Positions 13,270-25,369 of a stretch of DNA of 64,000 nucleotides are shown here, piece after piece. Source of the DNA: Octopus sinensis (taxonomy: Eukaryota); NCBI RefSeq assembly GCF_006345805.1, contig NC_043000.1, positions 31,558,001-31,622,000 of the forward strand, in the 5' to 3' direction. Numbering within the stretch: position 1 is the first letter of the stretch; each line of letters opens with the position of its first letter. The position numbers and the translations under genes were made by a program. Under the pieces are notes generated by a model. It was not told the DNA's origin. It ran no database searches and was given only the letters and a program-made list of their open reading frames with translations.

Positions 13270-13709
13270 ATTACGAATTAAAAGCAGCTCCAGTAATGTA
13301 AGCACATACATAGTGTTTTTTTTTGTTTTTTTTTTTATTACAGGGCCGTTTGCTGCGGTATGGCGTCCAGGGAAAGCTTCCAACATGACGCCGAGGGTTT
13401 GAGAACAACTCGCACCTAAGTGATCGAGAATGGTAGATACCGATTCATTTCGCTTCGAGGTGATCCGATCAAATGGTACTGATAAGCCAAAATAATGGTG
13501 AAATTTTGTTATCTATCATTCTCGGTCACCTCGAGGCGAATTGTCTCGCCAGGTCTGGGACACTCGGTGTTTCTTTTAACACTCGGCGTCATGTAGAGAG
13601 CTTTCTATGGATACTATCCCGCAGCAGACGTTCCTTTACGCAAAACACATGCACTATGTGTGCGCGACCGACGATGTTTACATTACTAGAGCTGCTTTTA
13701 ATTCGCAAT
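13270..13709. mobile_element. ~440-bp imperfect palindrome (foldback/MITE-like), with a partial extra arm at ~13030-13150
   Basis: Three nested complementary blocks: 13270-13306/13673-13709, ~13346-13400/13578-13632 and 13418-13452/13497-13532. Confidence 0.75.
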
Positions 13710-14364
13710 ACATACATACATACATACATACATACATGCTCTCACTCCTCGTTAATTAACTAAGCTCGAAAATAAAATGGAAGGTAACATGGTCGACGCT
13801 AGTGAGACGAAAATATTAGACATTCTTGACAATAATTTCGTTATGCGAAATTATTTCGCTGTGAGACTTCCTTAACTTTTTTGTACTTGTTTACACGTAA
13901 AGCTCAACAATAAAGGAGCAGGACTAGGGTCAGGGCCATTCCAACTGGAGAAGAAAAGTGGGTTGACTTCGTTTAGGAGGGCTCAACGTCCTATTTTCTC
14001 TGTTCTGAGATCGTATTTAGAACTGTCTTATACAGCGATAAAAATAGAGGATTTGTTTTGGGAAAGATTCGGCAGCTATCTCTAGCATGCCAAGTGATTG
14101 CTTATAGGTTTCTTTTGTAGCAGTTTAGTTCTAAGTCTAAGTTAATTAAACAGATCTGAAATTAAAGGTGTAACTTCTCTTTCTTTATATCCAATCTTCT
14201 ATGTTCCATTATGCGTTTTTTTCATACTGTGTGTCGTGATTTGATAGTAAGTTGGTTGCTATTTCTAGTAGGTTCAGTGACTACGCTAGGATTTTCTCGA
14301 TTCTCTGATCAATAAAAAAAATCAGGAAAGGACAGCCAACAAATATACAGAAGACGCGGGACGA

Positions 14365-14736
14365 TGTTGCTGCTGCTGCTGCTGCTTGTTTGTTTGTTGA
14401 GCGAAGCGATCTTCGTCCCAGAGCTCGCAAGATCCCGCCTCTGTAGTGGGAGAAGTCTGAAACGTGGTCCTTTGCTATTCGTAAGACCCGCAGAAGAGAG
14501 CATCGACGGATGGATGAATGCGCATCCAGGCTCAGCGATTGCGTAGGAAGTCGGGGAAAGAGTGAGAGAAAGCTGGAGCGAAAGAGTACAACAGGGGTCA
14601 CCTTCCCCTGCCGGAGCCTCGTGGAGCTTTAGGTGTTTTCGCTCAATAAACACACACAACGCCCAGTCTGGAAATCGAAACCGCGATCCTCCGACCGCGA
14701 GTCCGCTGCCCTAACCATTGGGCCATTACGCCTCCA
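14365..14736 (-). mobile_element. Family B SINE
   Basis: Same head, body and tail as 3845-4233. Confidence 0.85.
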
Positions 14737-15637
14737 CCACTGCTGCTGCTCCTTCTGCCGCTGCCGTTTCTCTTGTTGTTGATGGTATTGTTGTTTCTTT
14801 TGTGTAGACTCTACACCTGGTCGATCAAACTTATCAAAGTCGTTCCAGCTGTGACCAACCCCAAATATTTTTTATATTAAAAACTACATTATACGACGTG
14901 TTTCTTGAATTTGGAAGAAATTGGCCATTATTTCTACAGACCTCTTCGTTAGCTCCCATTTGAATAAGAAACGGAGTAATTTTTTTTTCTTTGTTTAGAT
15001 ACCACTTTAGCATCATAAAAAAGTATCACCAAATCCATCACTAAAATAACTGTAAATAAATTAGCAAATGTGATGAAATGCAGACCAACAGTGTTTCTGT
15101 TATTAAACACGTTTGTAACCAACCCCTGTTGTGTTCAATCATTTTAAAATGGCGTCAATGTTTTTATATTTTATAATCATATTTAACTAAACTTTATGAA
15201 TGTATCTTAGTGAATGTGTGGTGAGAGAGGAAATCACCTTATAGCGTTTAGAAAAACATCATCTTTTAAGATCTTAGCAAAATTAACTAAGAATCACGCA
15301 CTTCTTTTAAATTTTATAATCAGTTTCTTACAAAATATGTGTTTCCAAGAGACGTTTTTGTTTAGTGGTGGCGGTGGGTTTATTAATATGATTATTATAT
15401 GTAACTCTCTTATTAGCCAGAGGCGCGTTGCTTAGTGGTTAGGGTGTTAAATTCATGAACCAAAGATTATGGCTTCGGTTTCTGGACCGAACGACGCGTT
15501 GTGCTATTTCAGGTTGCGCTCGTCCACTCATCTCACTCAAAAATCCTGTTGGGTAATCCCGCAACAGAGCCGCGTCCTCTACATCTTGCCAATATATACA
15601 ACAGGGAAACCGGGTCTAAGAGTCTATATAACTCGGA

Positions 15638-15677
<40 letters not shown>

Positions 15678-15679
15678 GA

Positions 15680-16280
15680 GGCGCAAAGTGGTAGAATCAT
15701 TCGCACGCCGGGAAAAATGCTTAGCGGTATTTTGTCTGCCATTACGTTCTGAGTTCAGATTCTGAGGTCGACTTTGCCTTTCAGCTTTTCGGGATCGATA
15801 AATTAAATACTGAGGTCGATGTAATAGACTAGACCCTTCCCCCAACATTTCAGGCCTTGTGCATTTAGTAGAAAGGTTTGTTAAGGCGGCGAGCTGGCAG
15901 AATCGTTAGCGCGCCTGGCGAAATGCTTAGCGGTAATTCGTCTGCCGCTACGTTCTGAGTTCAAATTCCGCCGAGGTCGACTTTGCCTTTCATCCTTTCG
16001 GGGTCGATTAAATAAGTACCAGTTACGCTCTGGGGTCGATGTAATCGACTTAATCCGTTTGTCTGTCCTTGTTTGTCCCCTCTGTGTTTAGCCCCTTGTG
16101 GGTAGTAAAGAAATAGGTATTTCGTCTGTCTTTAAGCTCTGGGTCCAAATGCCGCCTCGGTCGACTTTGCCTTTCATCCTTTCAGGGTCGATAAAACAAG
16201 TAACAGTTGAGTACTGAGATCGATGAGACCGACTTATCCCACCCACCCACCCCGAAAATCGACGGCCTTGTGCCAAAATA
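15680..16280 (+). mobile_element. Three tandem family A SINE copies (full-length unit 15883-16120)
   Basis: GTCGACTTTGCCTTTCA(T/G)C core occurs three times, at ~15770, ~15977 and ~16160. Confidence 0.85.
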
Positions 16281-16589
16281 TGAAACCTTAAATTTTTTTT
16301 CTTCTTACAATTTTGGTCACAATTTTTTTCTGAGTGTCTTTCCGACACCTAGGGCAAAGAAACTCACGTATACATTGGTAGGCCCTTAAAATAAACATGA
16401 AGTTATGTGAAAGAAAAAAAATGTAAAGAAAGAAAAAGAAAAGGAAAAGAGAAAAGAGGGAAAGGGAAAAAAATTCACTGCGATAATTCACTGTGACGTA
16501 TGAGTTAAGACAATCTTTTGCACTTCCTGCAAGGATGGTAAGCCAGGGAGGGATCATTCTTAAATAACTTTCTGTTCTTTTTTTATCGT

Positions 16590-17110
16590 TGCAAGTGCTC
16601 ACACAATCACTGGTATTCTAACTGCCTTGAGATGCCACATTTTTTCGATTTCAATCAGCAGATCTTTATATTTTCTGAATTTGTCAAATTCTTTTGCCGA
16701 GATATTATGATCTCAAGGTATGCTCATGTCAATCAATAAACTTCATTGTCTTCTTTCTCAATAATATCTAGTTTATTAGCTTTCATGATATTGTTTTGTA
16801 TGTACTGGAAAGTCCAAAAAAATCGTTACATTTTCTCCCTCAGTAACTGCTGTATGATGGTGCTTATACCATTTGTCAGCAGTTTTGATTTCATAATGCT
16901 GCCGACACATTAACCAGTGTAGATATTGGCCAATTCTTGATTCATATTTCACTGGTGCTACGACTTTACATCCAGATATTAGGTGCTTTAGTTTCAATTC
17001 CATCGTTGCAGAATCGGCACTTTGGGGTCTACTCCATTTTTCATTTCGTTGACTTAGCTGAAGCCTTCGCTCTCTACCTTTAGACCTGAGCTACGTAGCC
17101 TCTGATGGGT
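16590..17110 (-). mobile_element. R4/Dong-like LINE C-terminal fragment
   Basis: HLISGCKVVAPVKYESRIGQYLHWLMCRQHY...VTIFLDFPVHT, followed by an RLE-like KEFDKFRKYKDLLIEIEKMWHLK. Confidence 0.75.
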
Positions 17111-17454
17111 GTGCTTCTGGTCAACATCAGCTTGTTTGCTACGGGCCACATATTTGCTATGCAATTCTTAAAGCAGCGAGTTGGTCGAAACATTAGCAAA
17201 TCGGTCAGAATGCTTAGCGGAATTTCGCCTGTCTTTACGTTCTCAGTTCAAATTCCATTGGAGTCAAGCCTGCCTTTCATACCCCAGGATTCGAAAAAGT
17301 AAAGTATCAGTCAAGTAGGAGAGTCAATTTTTGTCGACTAATCCCTTCTCTTCAAAGCTGTTAGTATTGTGTTTAAATCAGATGCCATTATTATTATTTC
17401 TGTCAGTATATATATATATATGTACACACATATGTGTATGTGTGCGTATATTGT

Positions 17455-17492
<38 letters not shown>

Positions 17493-18379
17493 TACGAAGG
17501 TATAATGCAGAATTGAATTTGAGTTTCATGTTGTAGCAAATGTTTTCTTGAGTCAGTCCAAAATCAACTACCGCACTCCTTATTATCTCTCATTTGTTGC
17601 TTAAATTTAGGAAATATATCAGACGAAAACACAGAAACAAAATTTCAAAGCTGTTGTAGAAGCACTAACTCCGAAAGATATAAACAGATTGTGTGAAACA
17701 AGAAATTATCAACGTTTCTTAATTACAGGTTATGGCAACGTTGGGCAATTTTCTTAAACACTTTAATTCACCGCAATACATCTCGAAAGCTAAGAACTAA
17801 CGAAAAACCAACGACGAAAACCAAAAACAAAGCCAGAAAGTTGTTGGAGGAAGTGATTCCGTTGTTGTTTGTCATAAAAGCATTCCACTAATTTATCTTT
17901 GGTTGACGCCTGTTTGTCACTTGATTTTTATATATTAGAGAACTTTTCCTTTTGTATTTAGCAATATATTTATTTTCCTTCTTTCACTTGCTAACTAAAT
18001 GCAAATAGAATTTTCTTAAACTTATTTTTGAAAATCGAACGTCTAAATATAGTTGAAATAATTATATTCTACGCTGTTACTCTTTGATTCTATTTTTTAT
18101 GGTTTTCAATTTATGTTCATTTGTTAGCTTGCACAATCTGCCTACATATACACCCACCAATTACTATATATTCCTTCTTACCTACCCAACTACCTATCTA
18201 CACCCTACATATACAAGTATTCGCATAGGAATAGCTGTTTATATCTACATGTGTCAAGATGTTTACGGGAAATAGAAGTAAGATTATACATAAACTTACA
18301 TGAAAGATATGTTTACACACAAGACAGATGCAGAGAAAAATGGGTCACACATCGATTTTTAACAAATGAAAGATGAAGT

Positions 18380-18755
18380 TCAGTGCTTCTTAACCTGTGC
18401 TGTGCTACCTCCTTAAGGGTGTTGTGAAGCTACAAGAGGTGGAAAGTATCAAGGAGGTGGTAGATAAAAGGAAAATGAAATTAAAATCATAGATGTTATC
18501 ATACCAAGAGATGCGAGCGGAGGTGGCAAAGAAGTGGGAAAATTGCAAGAATATGAGCAACGAAGAGAGTAAGTGTTGTCCCAATAGTTGTAGGGGTACG
18601 CGGAGTACTAACAATAAAGTTGGAGAAATATGGCTGAGAAAATGAAATAGACTTGACACTTAAAACCTAAGTACCAAGTCTTAAAATTTGTGGAAAGAGA
18701 TGCCGTCCACTCGCACAGAGTTAACCAAAGTAAGATCGAGAGCTCTGAGAAGTAA

Positions 18756-18818
<63 letters not shown>

Positions 18819-20260
18819 CAGACAGTGGCTCTCGTGTCTTCTGATCTTAACTGATTGGAAGTGGTATCGTGTACATTGTTTCTTTACTACCCACAAGGGG
18901 TTAAACACAGAGAGGACAAACAAAGACAAACGGATTAAATCGATTGAGCCCAACGCTTCGATCACCACTGGTATCACTTTTACATTACACTCTCGCATTC
19001 CATTCAGTCTTGCCATTTCCACTATCAGTTCTGAGTATTTGGTGATTGTTTTCAACCTCTTTACTCACAATATTCATGTCATTTGGTATGGCTACGTCAA
19101 TGACGGCATTTGTCTCTCTTATTTAATGACAATATCTGGCCGACGGTGTTCGATTACACGATCCGTCTGAAAATCCTAGTCCCAGAGTATCGTTACTTTT
19201 CTATCCTCCTGCATAACTTTACTTGGTATATGCTCATACCAGTTCTCTGTTACTACATAATGGTATTTATGGTATAAGAGCCAATGACGATACACATACA
19301 GTTTATTGTGGCGGCGCTTGTATTCTTTTCGTGCAAGGCTCTCACATCCACTTACCAAGTGGGTCACATTTTCCCCACTATTTCCACAGAGTCTGTATTT
19401 CTGGTTATCAGAAGTATTATAGATGTTACACTTCTCTGAATTGGTAGCGAGAGCTTGGTCTTATGCAGCAGTAATCAGGCTTTCGGTGGTACGCTTCAAA
19501 TCACCTCGCTTAAGCCATGCCCACGATGCTGTATTATTCTTAACGTCCTGTGTACTCCTTTCAAACTGCGCGTGCATTCTTCTTTTCTCTTCTCCTCAGC
19601 TCTTTGGTTAAACTCTGCCTTGCTCATCTTGTCATCTGCATTTACACCACAATCCACTACAAGCTGCTTTCTTCCCTCCTTTCATATTAACTTCTGAGCA
19701 TTTGGTAATCTCAGATTCCATACCAATATCCCTACTACACATCTGGGCTGTTTTGGTTAAGGAATCTATCAGCTTTTTAGATTTCCCAATTTCAGGTCAT
19801 CTATAAACAGAAGATGATTCAATGATGGATCTTTCTTCCTACATCGGTAACCCAGCTTTACTTTCCTAAGTGTTATTGTTATGGGCATTAGTGCAATTAC
19901 AAAAAGTAACGGAGAAAACGAAACAACTTGGAAGATTCCCCTTTTAATATTAACTTCTCCAAGGAATACATTACTTGAGTACAATTTGGTTTTCCACTCT
20001 TTCATGCTATGCATCAGAAAATTTGCGGTGTTGTCAGCAACACCAAACATCTGCTGGCATTCAACGATCCAAGAATGAGGCATCATATCATATACCTTCT
20101 TAAAGTCAATCCATGCTATAGTCATGTTTGTATGATGTTTTCTTACAATGCTTCAAAACTGTTTTATCGATGACCAGGTGATCCTTGGTACCCTGAGAAT
20201 TCTTCCTACATCCTTTTTGTTCCCTTGGTAGTACTTCTTCCTGTGCTAGAAAAGTGTATG
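18380..20260 (-). mobile_element. Fragmented R4/Dong-like LINE (RT to RLE), interrupted by (AAT)n and a SINE tail
   Basis: [20 protein letters not shown]...GIFQVVSFSPLLFVIALMP...LNHLLFIDDLKL (19769-20125). THLVSGCESLARKEYKRRHN (19176-19367). VIPVVIEALG (~18960). Confidence 0.85.
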
Positions 20261-21139
20261 TCTTTGCAGCACATATTCTATTTTATGTATCTACATATGC
20301 TTAGATATATTTATATATGTATACATGAATATATATATACAATTGTAAAAAGTGTATTCATACACACACACACACGCACCCACTCAAACACGCACATATA
20401 TATGTACATAGATGTATGAATTGCATATTTATGTATATGCATGCATATATATATGCGTGTTTGTATATACATGTATGTGTGTGTGTCTGTGTGTATGTAT
20501 GTATATATATATATATGTGTGTGAGTGTGTGTGTATACATTTACACACATATTCAAGCCAACAACAACTTTATAAAAAATATACACTTAATAATTATTGT
20601 TTGTTTAAATAAAATATTTCCATACGTTTAACCTATAACACTTGGAATATACATTTTAATAAATGGCTTGGGAAATAAATAGAACGTTCCACAAAGTCTG
20701 AGATACGCTCAGGGCATTGCTTGAATGTATGTAGGTATGCATGTGTGTGTATGTGTGTGTGCGCGTGCGCCCGCGTGTGTGTGTGCGCGCACGCACCCAT
20801 ATACATAGAAATGTTATCTTAGAAAAAAGAATACAGAGTGGCTTGTGTTAAGTAATGGTGTTTAATAGTTTCGGTGTTTTTTTTATGCTGTAAATATGTC
20901 TGTTATTTCATGGCTTGAAGTTTCTTGCAACATGAAATACTCGGGCTAATATGAACTTCGTTCAACTGCACATTTTCTCTCGAATGACTGGTTATTTCGG
21001 TTTTCTATAGTACATTTCCGTGTCGGAATCACACATTTTTTGTAGACGTGTTTGCCATAGGACAGGCTTATTGATAAAGCATACATCTATCTACACATAA
21101 GCAACCACACGGGGAATTATGTATAGTGTATCAATATAT

Positions 21140-21508
21140 GGCACTCCGTCGGTTACGACGACGAGTGTTCCAGTTGATCCGATCAACGGAACAGCCTGCT
21201 CGTGAAATTAACGTGCAAGTGGCTGAGCACTCCACAGACACGTTGTACCCTTAACGTAGCTCTCGGGGAGATTCAGCGTGACACAGAGTGTGACAAGAGA
21301 AACAGGTACAAGAGAAACAGGAAGAAAAAGTGAGAGAAAGTTGCGGTGAAAGAGTACAATACGGTTCACCACCACCCCCTGCGGGAGCCTCGTGAAGCTT
21401 TATGTGTTTTCGCTCAATAAACACTCACAACGCCCGGTCTGGGAATCGAAACCGCGATCCTAAGATCGCGAGTCCCCTGCCCTTACCACTGGGCAATTGC
21501 GCCTCCAC
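21140..21508 (-). mobile_element. SINE with family B head and a different 3' module, 12-bp TSD
   Basis: Head identical in type to family B. The 3' module matches the reverse complement of 55560-55710. TSD GTATCAATATAT at 21128-21139 and 21509-21520. Confidence 0.85.
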
Positions 21509-22100
21509 GTATCAATATATACTGAGAGAGTAAGAGAGAGACATACTTGATTTCATACACACACACACACACACACACACACATAGTTACGCACACACAT
21601 ACGCATGCATCTATCCGTGATTGTTCTATAAACAATCTGTCGAGATAACCTTATCAAGTAATAGCACCACTAACACAATAGAACACAGTAAGGACTTATA
21701 AAAAAAACGTTTAATCTGCAGTGTATATTCACAGAAAGCACCCATAAACCTCACAAACCCTTCTGATTGGTGTAAATTGCTAAATATCCTTCAACTAAGC
21801 ATTCGATACAACCAAAACATTCAAATCTCCTATGAAATACATTTATAATTCTTGGCTGAAGATACGAACACATGTAATAATAGCTCCATGGATATTGCAA
21901 ATCATATTTGTAATGTCATATGGATGGGGTATGCCACCACAAAAACTTGTGCTGTGTGAAACGTACGTAGCAATGCATTAAAGAATTTATAAATTTTCAA
22001 CCAAAGGTTCTGGTTATCACGATATATATGTGACCGCGTGTGTACCGTTGGCGATTTTTTTCCCTCCGTCTTCCCTTCTTTGGATCTTTCCTTTTCCTAT

Positions 22101-22135
22101 GTTTCTGACGAAGAGCTCCGCTCGAAACGTTAAAC
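22101..22135 (+). ncRNA. Minimal type I hammerhead ribozyme with canonical core, in a PLE pLTR-like solo repeat (~22030-22220)
   Basis: GTTT-CTGACGA-A-GAGC-tcc-GCTC-GAAACGTT^AAAC: 4-bp stem I, 4-bp stem II, palindromic AACGTT stem III. Confidence 0.8.
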
Positions 22136-22239
22136 CCTGCTTCTTTCCTGAGCGTCCAATAATACTATACTTGTTCCACGTCCTCGCGTTATTGTGTTTT
22201 CTCTTTGTGTTTTCATGTTTGGATTAACTATATATATAT

Positions 22240-23470
22240 ATAACTTTGAGTTCTTGAGTTTATTTACAATAATATTACCAAAAATGTTTCTTTAATATAT
22301 TGGCTGAAAATATTGGAAGCATTGTAGTTATTTTGGTTCAATGTCTCACCAAAAGATATTGACATTTTTAATTCCTTGTTGTTCCACATTCATGTGTTGC
22401 TTAAAGTATTATAACATTTGTCTTTTCTTTATTACTGAAAGATGAACTGTAGTTATAGTAGCGGCTTTTAAAATGTCTCTCACTCATCCTTATGTAGTGT
22501 TTTGTATTAATCTCTTTAATAATAATTGGATGAATAGGTGACTGAGGTTTGTGGAAGTTGTATTTAATATAGCATGAATGGTTGTTCTTTCATGTGCATT
22601 GATTGTGCATCTGTTATTTCCTTTGGTGTTATACCTAATGAATAATTTCCATTATTTCTTGATTAGGAACTGACTATTAAAGTACTCTGAAACTTTTTCC
22701 ATATTTGATTTGATATTTTGAGGAAGTAGTGGATCATGTAATTTTGCAGCTTTTTTTTTTCTTTCTTTAATTTCAATTTGCTTTTCGAAGCTGCAATTAA
22801 AGTGAATCTTATCGAATCTACTATTCTTTAAAACATTATTTTAATGGTTGGCTTTTGCTGAAGATTTCCTTATTTGACGATTGTGCACAGAATTTTAATT
22901 TTTTTTTGTTGCTTATGTAATTAACAAAGTCTTTTAAAAACAGTATTTAAGTGATTGAGATTATCATTTCGTTTACCACATAGTTGTATCTATTCGTCTA
23001 TAAATTTCATGATATATCTATTTTAAAAAGTGTACTAAAAATATACAGATTTCTCGATATTGTGATTCCAATCCCGAAGCTACTGAAGAAGTGATTAAAT
23101 TTATTCTGAATTTGTTTAAATTTCTGCTATTAAAGAAGTGTGAGAGAACTATTCCATCGTTCTGTATAACCTACATAAGCGATTTGAACATATTTGCTCT
23201 GTTCAAGATATATAACCCTGATATTTCACATTTCTCCATCCTATCAAACTCTGCCATTCCGGCAAGTACACGCATGCGTGTGATTCCTCACTATGCTCCT
23301 CAGGTGACACTTCATCATCCCCATGTCACCGGATACTGACAACACTATGTCATAGATAAATAGCACTAAAATAAGACAGCCATTTGACAGAAAATCTTCA
23401 CTTAAATACAATCCATCTAATAAATACTCAAACACACGACTTAACACTAAGGGAAGTTATATTTGTCTGA
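22240..23470 (-). mobile_element. Heavily decayed Penelope-like element of a second type
   Basis: Frameshifted remnants AGMAEFDRMEKCE / SGLYILN / VGLYR-DG resemble the PLE RT motifs MGSYDGAEVCELVGLYIL and GLYRDDG. Confidence 0.45.
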
Positions 23471-23789
23471 TGGATGTATGTATGTATGGATGGATGGATG
23501 GTTGGTTGGTCGGTCGGTTATGTATATGCATTTGTATATAACATAAATTATATACACAGCCATAGTAAGTGAGAAAGAGGAAGCAGATTAGTCTTTGACT
23601 AATCACCTCTTCTTATTGGTGCCACCGACCAACGAAGAGAGAGGCAGTGTTTCTAAGTTCAGTCCTATATTTGTTCGGTTATCCATACTTTGGTAAACGT
23701 TTTGGCATAAGGATTTTCTTCAAAGCTTTCTAGATTTGTGATGGCACCAATTAAGATGTATTTGCCAGAAGAGTTAAATGTTTTCTTTC

Positions 23790-24060
23790 GACCAGACCAG
23801 GCACAATTACTGTACAAGGTTGTTTACGGAAGACCAGCAGTCGCCCATGCATACCGGCCTCTCCCTCTCCACGCCACCAGTGTTATCCAAGGGAAAGGCA
23901 TCCGTGACGTCGCAACGCATTTCTACAGCTGAGTGAACTGGAGCAACGTGAAATAAAGTGTCTTGCTCAAGAACACAACACGCAGCCCGGTCCGGGATTC
24001 GAGCTCACAACCTCACGATCGTAAGCTCGACGCTCTAACCACTGAGCCATGCTCCTTCAC
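23790..24060 (-). mobile_element. tRNA-derived SINE family D (partial + strand copy at 48527-48797)
   Basis: CCGGGCTGCGTGTTGTGTTCTTGAGCAAGACACTTTATTTCACGTTGCTCCAGTTCACTCAGCTGTAGAAATG is shared by both copies. Confidence 0.8.
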
Positions 24061-24068
24061 TCTACATA

Positions 24069-24116
<48 letters not shown>

Positions 24117-24151
24117 TGTGTGCGAGCATGTGTGTGAACGTGTGCATATAA

Positions 24152-24183
<32 letters not shown>

Positions 24184-24192
24184 ATATATATA

Positions 24193-25152
24193 TTATTTAG
24201 AGATAGTAGTCCCATTCATCACACCCTATAAAAGAATTTTAATTTTAATTTAATACTTACAACTCATTTCTCAGCTACACGTGTTTCTTGGGGTTCTTTT
24301 ACTGTTCCTTAAGCACACAGTGTTTTACAGGAACCTTTCTTAAAATGCAACTCCAATCATCAGGCCTCTAAATAACTTTATCATAGTTCCATACCAAATA
24401 CTATATTTTAATTTTAACAGATAAGTATGTGTAGGCGTAAATAGATTCACTCACACCGCACTACTATCCCTCCCCACATCGATGTTAAGCCGAAATTAAT
24501 ACGTAGGAGGACAATGGTAGTCAACGGTAGTTTGTACATAATTTTTACGACTTTTCTTACACTTTACCCTTAAGTTATTTTTACTTTGTAAATTTTTAAT
24601 TCTTATCATTCGTATCATTTGTAAATTTTGTCATTCGTACTATGGTTTTTATTCGAATATATTTATTTGCCATTCATTTGATTTTTGTTCGAATATATTT
24701 GTCATAGCTTTCATTATTATATCATCACAAGTATATATTTCATTTTTATCCCTATATATTATTAATTTTATATGAATGTTTACAGACATAGATTACGTGA
24801 GAATTTAGTTTTTGTAAATTTGTACTTTTTATTTTTTATGTTTTATTTTTATTAATTTTGTTTGAATTAAATTATGGCTTTCACAGTAAGGTCGGGCGTA
24901 TCTATCTACACATACGCATATTTATCTTTTAAAATTAGAATATAGTGTTTGGTATCGAACTATGATAAAGTTATTAAGAGACCTGATGATTGGGGTTACA
25001 TTTTAAGAAAGGTTCCAGTAAAACACTGCATGCTTAAGGAACCGTAAAAGAACCTCAAGAAACGCGTGTAGCTGAGAAATGAGTAGTAAGTATTAAATTA
25101 AATTAAAATTATTTTATATGGTGGGATGAAGTGGACTACTATCTCTACATAA
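24193..25152. repeat. ~253-bp inverted repeat pair (24193-24446 / 24900-25152), each arm carrying a hammerhead motif
   Basis: Arms are reverse complements around a ~450-bp AT-rich spacer, with (TA)n on the left and TA-rich sequence on the right. Confidence 0.9.
24980..25073 (+). ncRNA. Type I hammerhead ribozyme with extended stem II; mirrored copy on the minus strand at 24273-24366
   Basis: CTGATGA (24983-24989), TTGGGGTT..AACCTCAA 8-bp stem II with an inner GGTTCC/GGAACC hairpin, then GAAA-CGCGT-GTA^GCT. The left arm has palindromic ACACGTGT. Stem I is only 2-3 bp. Confidence 0.7.
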
Positions 25153-25316
25153 CATATATATTTCCTCATTGAGAATAATTTGAACCCCTGTGATGCCGGA
25201 ATTTTTATTCCCTAATAAATAAAATAATATATATATGTGTGGGTGCGTGTGTATGTGGGTGTGCGAGCATGTGTGTGAATGTGTACGTACAAAATTTATA
25301 TATACAGAGAGAGATG

Positions 25317-25367
<51 letters not shown>

Positions 25368-25369
25368 AA

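Noticed and set aside
17725-17800. TTACAG|GTTATGGCAACG as a possible upstream CNG exon
   Set aside because: No frame resembles CNG S6 or pore sequence, and there is no suitable donor.
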